Assembly (NCBI GenBank): GCA_950097015.1
Contig: CATNEN010000007.1
Coordinates: forward strand, 13,206,001 to 13,270,000
Direction: 5' to 3'
Length of the DNA stretch: 64,000 nucleotides
Source: Macrostomum hystrix
Lineage: Eukaryota > Animalia > Platyhelminthes
The position numbers were made by a program, and so were the translations under genes. Below are positions 35,701 to 47,700 of this stretch, piece after piece. Every line of letters starts with the position of its first letter. The first letter of the stretch is position 1. The notes beneath the pieces are model-generated. The model saw only the letters and a program-made list of their open reading frames with translations, was not told where the DNA came from and searched no databases.

Positions 35701-38700
35701 AGCAGGATTAATGAGCAAGCAGGTCGATCTAAAGGTGCTCACGGGACCCTGGCCACTGTCTGCATCAGAAGGCGCTGGACGCTTCGTCAACACGCGCTAC
35801 CACTCGGGCCTGCTGGCCGACCTAATTGTAAGCCACGCTGGCGCACAGGACTTTGCGCTGATTGGTCCGCGCGGCTGCGGCAAGTTCACGGTGGCTTGTC
35901 AGCTAGCTCGGCTCCTAGGATACCCGATGACGCATGTGGTGCTGTACAAGGATATGTCCAGTCGGGACCTATTACAGCAGCGGGTCACAGACGCTGCGGG
36001 TGACACGCAGTGGCGGCCCTCGGCGCTCGTCCAGGCAGCAGTGGATGGTCACCTGGCCATATTAGATGGGCTGCACCGGGTAGATCGCGGTACCTTCGCA
36101 GTGCTGCACCGCCTGCTGGGTGACCGTGAGCTTGCTTTGTTTGACGGAACCCGCCTGTTGCGGCACGACCGCTACGACCGTCTTCGGGCCGACCACGGTT
36201 GGTCTGAGGCCGAAATGACTGCCCGCCGCCTCCTTCGCATCCACCCCGCCTTCCGGGTTGTGGGCCTGGGTGAGCTGTCGCCTGCCAAGCAGCAGGCCAA
36301 CCAGTGGCTCAGTGACGAGATGCTCACCGCCTTTATCTTCCATTCTGTCCGCGCCCTGTCCGCGGACGAGGAGGCTGCGCTGCTAGTGAAGGTGGGGCCC
36401 TAGATTTATAAAAAATGTTTGCGTTTTTAGCAGGAAATCTCTAGCGTCTCAAATTTGAACGAACTTACTTGAAACCAGCCAAGTGCTATATAGCGCACCT
36501 CTATCTTAAATACGAGGCTGTCATCATCAAATGACTATGCTGAGGTCCAGCTTATCATGCAATCTCATTACTGCACCCTCGTCACTGATACTAACTGGAC
36601 TCCCTCCATCACAGACAGCTTCTATCCAGTTACTTGCACTCCCTCCATCAGAGACAGCTGCTATCCAGTTACTCCACTCCCTCCATCACAGACAGCTGCT
36701 ATCCAGTTACTTGCACTCCCTCCATCACAGACAGCTGCTATCCAGTTACTAGCACTCCCTCCATCAGAGACAGCTGCTATCCAGTTACTTGCACTCCCTC
36801 CATCAGAGACAGCTGCTATCCAGTTACTACACTCCCTCCATCACAGACAGCTGCTATCCAGTTACTGCACTCCCTCCATCACAGACAGCTGCTATCCAGT
36901 TACTTGCACTCCCTCCATCAGAGACAGCTGCTATCCAGTTACTACACTCCCTCCATCACAGACAGCTGCTATCCAGTTACTCTACTCCCTCCATCACAGA
37001 CAGCTTCTATCCAGTTACTTGCACTCCCTCCATCAGAGACAGCTGCTATCCAGTTACTTGCACTCCCTCCATCAGAGACAGCTGCTATCCAGTTACTGCA
37101 CTCCCTCCATCACAGACAGCTGCTATCCAGTTACTACACTCCCTCCATCAGAGACAGCTGCTATCCAGTTACTACACTCCCTCCATCACAGACAGCTGCT
37201 ATCCAGTTACTCTACTCCCTCCATCACAGACAGCTTCTATCCAGTTACTTGCACTCCCTCCATCAGAGACAGCTGCTATCCAGTTACTTGCACTCCCTCC
37301 ATCAGAGACAGCTGCTATCCAGTTACTGCACTCCCTCCATCAGAGACAGCTGCTATCCAGTTACTACACTCCCTCCATCACAGACAGCTGCTATCCAGTT
37401 ACTTGCACTCCCTCCATCAGAGACAGCTGCTATCCAGTTACTACACTCCCTCCATCACAGACAGCTGCTATCCAGTTACTCTACTCCCTCCATCACAGAC
37501 AGCTTCTATCCAGTTACTTGCACTCCCTCCATCAGAGACAGCTGCTATCCAGTTACTTGCACTCCCTCCATCAGAGACAGCTGCTATCCAGTTACTGCAC
37601 TCCCTCCATCACAGACAGCTGCTATCCAGTTACTGCACTCCCTCCATCAGAGACAGCTGCTATCCAGTTACTTGCACTCCCTTCATCAGAGACAGCTGCT
37701 ATCCAGTTACTAGCACTCCCTCCATCAGAGACAGCTGCTATCCAGTTACTTGCACTCCCTCCATCAGAGACAGCTGCTATCCAGTTACTACACTCCCTCC
37801 ATCACAGACAGCTGCTATCCAGTTACTGCACTCCCTCCATCACAGACAGCTGCTATCCAGTTACTCTACTCCCTCCATCACAGACAGCTTCTATCCAGTT
37901 ACTTGCACTCCCTCCATCAGAGACAGCTGCTATCCAGTTACTTGCACTCCCTCCATCAGAGACAGCTGCTATCCAGTTACTGCACTCCCTCCATCACAGA
38001 CAGCTGCTATCCAGTTACTGCACTCCCTCCATCAGAGACAGCTGCTATCCAGTTACTTGCACTCCCTTCATCAGAGACAGCTGCTATCCAGTTACTCCAC
38101 TCCCTCCATCACAGACAGCTGCTATCCAGTTACTTGCACTCCCTCCATCACAGACAGCTGCTATCCAGTTACTAGCACTCCCTCCATCACAGACAGCTGC
38201 TATCCAGTTACTTGCACTCCCTCCATCATAGACAGCTGCTATCCAGTTACTACACTCCCTCCATCATAGACAGCTGCTATCCAGTTACTTGCACTCCCTC
38301 CATCAGAGAAAGCTGCTATCCAGTTACTTGCACTCCCTCCATCAGAGACAGCTGCTATCCAGTTACTGCACTCCCTCCATCACAGACAGCTGCTATCCAG
38401 TTACTGCACTCCCTCCATCAGAGACAGCTGCTATCCAGTTACTTGCACTCCCTCCATCAGAGACAGCTGCTATCCAGTTACTGCACTCCCTCCATCACAG
38501 ACAGCTGCTATCCAGTTACTTGCACTCCCTCCATCACAGACAGCTACTATCCAGTTACTTGCACACCCTCCATCAGAGACAGCTGCTATCCAGTTACTTG
38601 CACTCCCTCCATCAGAGACAGCTGCTATCCAGTTACTTGCACTCCCTCCATCACAGACAGCTGCTATCCAGTTACTGCACTCCCTCCATCAGAGACAGCT

Positions 38701-41700
38701 GCTATCCAGTTACTGCACTCCCTCCATCACAGACAGCTGCTATCCAGTTACTTGCACTCCCTCCATCACCGACAGCTGCTATCCAGTTACTCCACTCCCT
38801 CCATCACAGACAGCTGCTATCCAGTTACTTGCACTCCCTCCATCACAGACAGCTGCTATCCAGTTACTCCACTCCCTCCATCACAGACAGCTGCTATCCA
38901 GTTACTTGCACTCCCTCCATCAGAGACAGCTGCTATCCAGTTACTTGCACTCCCTCCATCAGAGACAGCTGCTATCCAGTTACTTGCACTCCCTCCATCA
39001 GAGACAGCTGCTATCCAGTTACTTGCACTCCCTCCATCAGAGACAGCTTCTATCCAGTTACTTGCACTCCCTCCATCAGAGACAGCTGCTATCCAGTTAC
39101 TCCACTCCCTCCATCACAGACAGCTGCTATCCAGTTACTTGCACTCCCTCCATCAGAGACAGCTGCTATCCAGTTACTGCACTCCCTCCTCACAGACAAC
39201 TGCTACTAGATCACTCACTAACTGCACTCATTCTAGATTCCCACTAGATTCTCAAGCTCGAACACTCACTACATGATCTGATCTGATTAGTTCGTATTGA
39301 TTTACATGGTAAGTCACTTAGCTGCAGAGTCTTAGTCTTAGATTCATTCCTTGAACCCTCAATCCCCGCAGCTTGTGCCAAACTCGGAGTCTGTGCAAGC
39401 TTACGTCAGGCAGCTGGTTGACTTCGCCCACCGGCTACGATGTTCGCCAGACCCCTCGCACGTTAGCCTCTCTGGCAGTCTGTCGACTCGGCAGCTACTG
39501 CGCCTCTCTCGCTGCGTGGCCGCCGATCCGCGAGTAAATCTGCGCGAGCTGCTGGAGCGAGCCTGTTTATCGCGTTTCCTGCCTCGCCTGGCAGCCCAAA
39601 CCCTGGCGCAATGCCTGGACGAAGCCGAGTTCCGGCCGTCTGACAATGCACGAGCTGAGCAGCCAGTAAGGTGAGTCAACCCTTAGCTTTAATTTTGATC
39701 AGCCCTATCTAAATCTATCCCTTTAATCTCTTTAGTTTACTGTACGAGTTACTTACTCGTAGTTACTTTTTATTTACTTACTTTTTTATTTATTTACTTA
39801 ACATTACTTGTTCTACTTTAATTACTGTTATACTTGTTATTACTGCTGAATAATTCCAACGTAAGCAACACAGCCGCATCCAATACACACTGACCCAGCC
39901 TTAGCCTCACAACTGCATCACTACACACTGACCCAGCCTTAGCCTCAGAACTGCATCACTACACACTGACCCAGCCTTAGCCTCAGAACTGCATCACTAC
40001 ACACTGACCCAGCCTTGGCCTCAGAACTGCATCACTGCACACTGACCCAGCCTTGGCCTCACAACTGCATCACTACACATTGACCCAGCCTTGGCCTCAC
40101 AACTGCATCACTACACACTGACCCAGCCATCTCAGCTACATCGACTCTTCCTCTATTCCGTCGTTCCCAGCTGCTCAGTAAGCGCAGATGGCACAGAGCT
40201 GCGCATCGGTTCGGCGAGTGCGCGTCTTCCTCCGGAGCTGCGAAATGAAATGAAGATTCCAGAGACGCTGTTTTATGATAACCAGACCCACATGCGGGTG
40301 CTGGAGGCCATGCTGAGGGATTTCAGCCTGGGTGAGCACCTGCTGCTCATCGGCAACCAGGGTGTCGGTAAAAACAAGCTGGCTGATCACTTCCTGCGGC
40401 TTTTGCGGCGGCCCCGCGAGTACGTACAGCTGCACCGGGACACCACCGTGCACAGCCTCACTCTGCAACCCACCGTACTGGACGGCCGAATCGCCTATCA
40501 GGACTCCCCGCTCGTCCGCGCCTGCCGCCTGGGCCATGTGCTGGTGGTGGACGAGGCAGACAAAGCGCCAACCCAGGTGACCTGCGTGCTTAAGACGCTG
40601 GCACAGTCCGGTGAGATGGCTCTTCCTGACGGCCGCCGCATCGTGCCTGATGGCTGGCTGGGTCCGGAGTCAGCCAGCCTCATCCGAACTCACCCGGACT
40701 TTCGTCTGCTAGTGCTGGCCAACAGACCCGGCTTCCCCTTCCTGGGGAACGATTTCTTCGGCGCCCTGGGGGACGCTTTCGCATGTCACTCAGTGGACAA
40801 TCCGCAGCTTGAGTCCGAGCTGCGGATGCTGGCCCAATATGGTCCCGATGTGCCAACACAGGTCCTACAGAAGCTCGTCAGCGTGTTCGCTGACCTGCGG
40901 GCTATGTCAGACGAGGGCAACCTGCAGTACCCGTACTCCACTAGGGAGCTCGTTAATGTTGTGCGTCATTTGCAGGTAATTTCTCATTAAAACAGCTACT
41001 TTTAAGCTGCGGCTCGTACTGTGGTTAGGCTGGTTGCAAAGGTGAAAATAACAGTAAACAGAGCACTTCTCAGTATATTCAATCCCACAATCCCCAGTAC
41101 ATTCACCCACTACCAAGTACATTCACTCCCACACTCCCAAGTACATTCACTCCCACACTCCCCAGTACATTCACCTCAACACTCCCCAGTACATTCACCC
41201 ACTCCTTTTCACCCCAACACTCCCCAGTACATTCACCCACTCCTAAGTACATTCACTCCCACACTCCCAAGTACATTCACTCCCACACTCCCCAGTACAT
41301 TCACTCCCACACTCCTCAGTACATTCACTCCCACACTCCTCAGTACATTCACTCCAACACCCCGTACAAGAAATGTCATTTTTTTCACAGAATCGCAGAG
41401 TCCATCTGACACCACATTTCAGAAGTTTCCTGGCGAGCGGCTCTCCTCTGTACTGCAGAACGTGTTCGACTTTGACTCGCATAATCCTGAACTGCGGTCA
41501 ACACTGGCCGATGTGCTTAACAAACATGGCATTCCCGCTGAGTCGGTGGGGCACCACAATGTGAAGCTTAGCAAGCCGTGAGACCGCCGTTCTCTTGCTT
41601 TGTTGCCCCTCCAACATTCCCAGCCCATTTCTGGCCGTGCACAAAGCAAATTGCTCCTGTCTTCCCAGCGAGAGCGCAGATACAATTTTGATATTACTTT

Positions 41701-44700
41701 AAATTAAATTACTTTAAATCTGAACATTGAAAAAGGCCAAAGATATGCTAGCTACCTAGCTCTAAAACTCATAATTGCCCAAATAAACCTGGATTTCAAT
41801 TGCTGTCATCTGTAGTTCTCGCTGGAATGCCAGCTGCGCTTTAATAGCTTTTGCAAAAAAGTAATTGTTACAGACAAGATCGCCACGTCCGCTTTTTCTA
41901 CTCTTGTTATTTAATTAGCATAAAGCGACAGTCTCCTCCTATGGTGCTGGCAGAAATGCCTTTTTGTCATTGCTTTGTCCTTTAGCAGGGCAATTTGTAG
42001 GACTCCAGGAAGTTTTCTGCTGCATAAAAAATATCACCAATGGCAAATGCTAATCAGCTGGAATTTTAATAAGGCCAAACAGCTGTATGAGTATGACCCA
42101 AGTTTAAAAATATTTGTTTTACTTGATGCTAACATTTGCCCATTGCTTCTTAGAGAATGTCAGCATAGAAAGAGAAATCAATTCCTATAATTGGGAAAAG
42201 TGAACTAATACTTCTGTTACTAGTTTAAGCAAGTGTTTCACGTCTGAAGTTCTTAAGTATTGAATTAGCTCAGCTGACGGAGCTTCACGCTAAAGTCGTG
42301 CTGGAACCCACTGGAACCCACACAGGTTCCCGCTACCCAGTCCTGTGTTGCTTGGAAGAAGCAACCTGCTGCCGGCCAATCGGTTTAGTCCTTTCCTGAC
42401 CGCCAGACAAAGTCAGCTCAGTCTCAAGGGCCCAGCTGCTTTTCCCGCCAGCTCTATCAGGCTGGATGGTGGCTCCGGCCGCAGTGAGCACTTCAGCGAA
42501 CTCGAGTCCTTTGCCTGCATACCACTTGATGACACAGACGGACTTGCTGACATTTGTGTCACCTGCTGTGAGTACTTTTTTCAACTGTTCTGCGAAGATT
42601 CTAAGGTGCTAAAAATTGTCTTACATAAAAGATTTGCAAGTTTTGCTATAATTACGACTGTACAAGCATTTTTGTATCGAATGTCTTAACTGTTGCCATA
42701 CTCAATTGTCTGCGACCACGTGGCGCTGGTCGTTCTTTTTACTATTTAACTTCCGTCACAAATCTCAGCTGACGATGGCAGCCACATCTTGACTCACCTG
42801 GCCACTGTAAACCCGATTCGCGTATACTCAATGGTTCCCGGATCCAGGACTGCCACGGTTCTTGATCTAATGGAAATATTCCCAGATACCGGACAGTTTT
42901 ACAAACCGCGGGTGCACCTTCTGTCACTGGAAAGGGCTATGCCGCACTGCTTCCTTTTGCATGAAGAAATGGTTCGTTTTTACTACTTTTGCCTTACAAA
43001 GACAGTTGCCGCTGCATTGCAATTCGCTATAGACAAAGCCGCTATTAACAAATTTTCAACAGCCTTCTTGGAAATCTGCAGCTCATCACCCAGTCCCAAC
43101 ATCATCCCTGCCAACCCACAAAACAACTCCCAGTCCCCACATCATCCCTGCCAACCCACAGTCCAACACCCAGTCCCAACACATCCCTGCCAACCCACAA
43201 AACAACACCCAGTCCCCACATCATCCCTGCCAATCCACAGAAAAACACCCAGTCCCAACACATCCCTGCCAACCCACAGAAAACCACCCAGTCCCAACAC
43301 ATCCCTGCCAACCCACAGAAAAACACCCAGTCCCAACACATCCCTGCCAACCCACAGAAAAACACCCAGTCCCCACATCATCCCTGCCAATCCACAGAAC
43401 AACACCCAGTCCCAACACATCCCTGCCAACCCACAAAACAACACCCAGTCCCCACATCATCCCTGCCAATCCACAGAACAACACCCAGTCCCAACACATC
43501 CCTGCCAACCCACAGAAAAACACCCAGTCCCAACACATCCCTGCCAACCCACAGAAAAACACCCAGTCCCAACACATCCCTGCCAACCCACAGAAAAACA
43601 CCCAGTCCCAACATCATCCCTGCCAACCTACAGTCCAGCACCCAGTCCCAACATCATCCATGCCAATCCACAGAAAAACACCCAGTCCCAACATCATCCC
43701 TGCCAACCTACAGTCCAGCACCCAGTCCCAACATCATCCATGCCAATCCACAGTCCAACACCCAGTCCCAACACATCCCTGCCAACCCACAGAAAAACAC
43801 CCAGTCCCAACACATCCCTGCCAACCCACAGAAAAACACCCAGTCCCAACACATCCCTGCCAACCCACAGAAAAACACCCAGTCCCAACACATCCCTGCC
43901 AACCCACAGAAAAACACCCAGTCCCAACATCATCCCTGCCAACCTACAGTCCAGCACCCAGTCCCAACATCATCCATGCCAATCCACAGAAAAACACCCA
44001 GTCCCAACATCATCCCTGCCAACCTACAGTCCAGCACCCAGTCCCAACATCATCCATGCCAATCCACAGTCCAACACCCAGTCCCAACACATCCCTGCCA
44101 ACCCACAGAAAAACACCCAGTCCCAACATCATCCCTGCCAACCTACAGTCCAGCACCCAGTCCCAACATCATCCATGCCAATCCACAGAAAAACACCCAG
44201 TCCCAACATCATCCCTGCCAACCTACAGTCCAGCACCCAGTCCCAACATCATCCATGCCAATCCACAGTCCAACACCCAGTCCCAACACATCCCTGCCAA
44301 CCCACAGAAAAACACCCAGTCCCAACACATCCCTGCCAACCCACAGAAAAACACCCAGTCCCAACACATCCCTGCCAACCCACAGAAAAACACCCAGTCC
44401 CAACACATCCCTGCCAACCCACAGAAAAACACCCAGTCCCAACATCATCCCTGCCAACCTACAGTCCAGCACCCAGTCCCAACATCATCCATGCCAATCC
44501 ACAGAAAAACACCCAGTCCCAACATCATCCCTGCCAACCTACAGTCCAGCACCCAGTCCCAACATCATCCATGCCAATCCACAGTCCAACACCCAGTCCC
44601 AACACATCCCTGCCAACCCACAGAAAAACACCCAGTCCCAACATCATCCCTGCCAATCCACAGTCCAACACCCAGTCCCAACATCATCCCTGCCAATCCA

Positions 44701-47700
44701 CAGTCCAACACCCAGTCCCCACATCATCCCTGCCAACCCACAGTCCAACACCCAGTCCCAACACATCCCTGCCAACCCACAAAACAACACCCAGTCCCCA
44801 CATCATCCCTGCCAACCCACAGAAAAACACCCAGTCCCAACACATCCCTGCCAACCCACAGAAAAACACCCAGTCCCAACACATCCCTGCCAACCCACAA
44901 AACAACACCCAGTCCCCACATCATCCCTGCCAATCCACAGAACAACACCCAGTCCCAACACATCCCTGCCAACCCACAGAAAAACACCCAGTCCCAACAC
45001 ATCCCTGCCAACCCACAGAAAAACACCCAGTCCCAACACATCCCTGCCAACCCACAGAAAAACACCCAGTCCCAACATCATCCCTGCCAACCTACAGTCC
45101 AGCACCCAGTCCCAACATCATCCATGCCAATCCACAGAAAAACACCCAGTCCCAACATCATCCCTGCCAACCTACAGTCCAGCACCCAGTCCCAACATCA
45201 TCCATGCCAATCCACAGTCCAACACCCAGTCCCAACACATCCCTGCCAACCCACAGTCCAACACCCAGTCCCAACATCATCCCTGCCAATCCACAGTCCA
45301 ACACCCAGTCCCAACATCATCCATGCCAATCCACAGTCCAACACCCAGTCCCAACATCATCCCTGCCAATCCACAGTCCAACACCCAGTCCCAACATCAT
45401 CCATGCCAATCCACAGAACAACACCCAGTCCCAACATCATCCCTGCCAATCCACAGTCCAACACCCAGTCCCAACATCATCCCTGCCAATCCACAGTCCA
45501 ACACCCAGTCCCAACATCATCCATGCCAATCCACAGTCCAACACCCAGTCCCAACATCATCCCTGCCAATCCACAGTCCAACACCCAGTCCCATCATCAT
45601 CCATGCCAATCCACAGTCCAACACCCAGTCCCAACATCATCCCTGCCAATCCACAGAACAACACCCAGTCCCAACATCATCCATGCCAATCCACAGTCCA
45701 ACACCCAGTCCCAACATCATCCATGCCAATCCACAGAACAACACCCAGTCCCAACACATCCCTGCCAATCCACAGAACAACACCCAGTCCCAACATCATC
45801 CCTGCCAACCCACAGTCCAACACCCAGTCCCAACATCATCCATGCCAACCCACAGTCCAACACCCAGTCCCAACATCATCCATGCCAACCCACAGTCCAA
45901 CACCCAGTCCCAGCATCATCCATGCCAACCCACAGAACAACACCCAGTCCCAACATCATCCATGCCAACCCACAGACAAATGTTTTGCTTCTTGTGGATG
46001 CTGGCAAGCGCCAGGTGTCCCGGGTGCAATCGCATAGCCTGCCTGAGCACCCGCTAGCCAGCAACCGAAACCTGTGGCGACGACCGACCTTGGCCAAGGG
46101 TAGCTCCTACCGGCTGACCGACAGCCTAGGTCTAGGTGGATGTCCGGTGATGTTTCAACAGGACAGGTGCGAACTTTTGCTGCAAAATTCTCTTTAATTT
46201 GCATCCAACAAAAGAGCAGTGCTGATATTTCACTTGTTACAGGGACCAAGTTGAATTCCTTGATCTGAAAAGCGGCTGTTCTCTGAACCTGCAACTGCCA
46301 GCTCCCATCAGCGACATGCACCCGCTGTCTGAGACCTCCTGGATGATTCGTTTTGTCAATGATAACAGGTTCGACCGATATCATGTTCTTTAGCCTAGTT
46401 GCGCAGCAGTGCCTCTTGTTTTAGGCAGTATAAAATCTGGCATCCAATCCATTTCGACATTTTATATTGCAGCCAGTTGCATTCCCCACTTGCCGCCACT
46501 TGCATTCCCCACTTGCCGCCAATTGCATTCCCCACTTGCCGCCAGTTGCATTCCCCACTTGCCGCCACTTGCATTCCCCACTTGCCGCCAATTGCATTCC
46601 CCACTTGCAGCCAGTTGCATTCCCCACTTGCCGTCAGTTGCATTCCCCACTTGCAGCCAGTTGCATTCCCCACTTGCCGCTAGTTGCATTCCCCACTTGC
46701 CGCTAGTTGCATTCCCCACTTGCAGCCAGTTGCATTCCCCACTTGCAGCCAGTTGCATTCCCCACTTGCAGCCAGTTGCATTCCCCACTTGCAGCCAGTT
46801 GCATTCCCCACTTGCAGCCAGTTGCATTCCCCACTTGCAGCCAGTTGCATTCCCCACTTGCAGCCAGTTGCATTCCCCACTTGCAGCCAGTTGCATTCCG
46901 CACTTGCAGCCAGTTGCATTCCCCACTTGCAGCCAGTTGCATTCCCCACTTGCCGCCAGTTGCATTCCGTACTTGCAGCCAGTTGCAGTCCCCACTTGCA
47001 GCCAGTTGCATTCCCCACTTGCCGCCAGTTGCATTCCGTACTTGCAGCCAGTTGCAGTCCCCACTTTCAGCCAGTTGCATTCCCCACCTACAGCCAGTTG
47101 AATTCGCCAATTGCCGCCAGTTGCATTCCCCACTTGCAGCCAGTTGCATTCCCCACTTGCAGCCAGTTGCATTCCCCACTTGCTGCCAGTTGCATTCCCC
47201 ACTTGCAGCCAGTTGCATTCCCCACCTACAGCCAGTTGAATTCGCCAATTGCTGCCAGTTGCGTCCCCCCAATTTCAGCCAGCACATTTTACTTCATTCG
47301 CTGGAGGAACCGCGCCAGTTCAGTTTGCTGCATCTGGAGCAGCCGGGTCTGCTGCCACCAATGATCCAGTGGGCCTGTCCGCTCTCTGCAGATCTGCCAA
47401 CGCTGCGAACAACACCGGAGACACGCCTGTCGGCGGTAACATCAGAAGGTGGCGGCCACCTATCTGTGCTAAGTCTGTCGCCACCAAACGCTGAGGGCTT
47501 ACACGAGCTGAGCCTGTACGGTGTCGACCCACCCTCTGGTGCGGTCCCGGCCAAGGAGGTAAGTTTTTCTGGATTAAGGCTGAAAGAGTAAATATTTCAC
47601 AGAGGCAGTAAAGTCAAAAAAATTTGATCCTGATTTCATTAATCAAGTAAGGCAACTGAGTACTCGTCGCTCTCATTTCGTACGGTACCATGAACCCCTT

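Noticed and set aside
36557-39276. Long repetitive ORFs (570, 480, 359, 354 aa)
   Set aside because: Translation artefacts of the 38/39-bp intronic minisatellite.
42789-46197. 1082/845/693-aa Pro/His/Thr-rich ORFs as a mucin-like gene
   Set aside because: They are open in all three frames only because the C-rich unit lacks stops; the region is bounded by VWA8 donor and acceptor sites.
31044-47282. Tandem arrays as CRISPR arrays
   Set aside because: Units are head-to-tail with no unique spacers, there are no cas genes, and they lie in spliceosomal introns.
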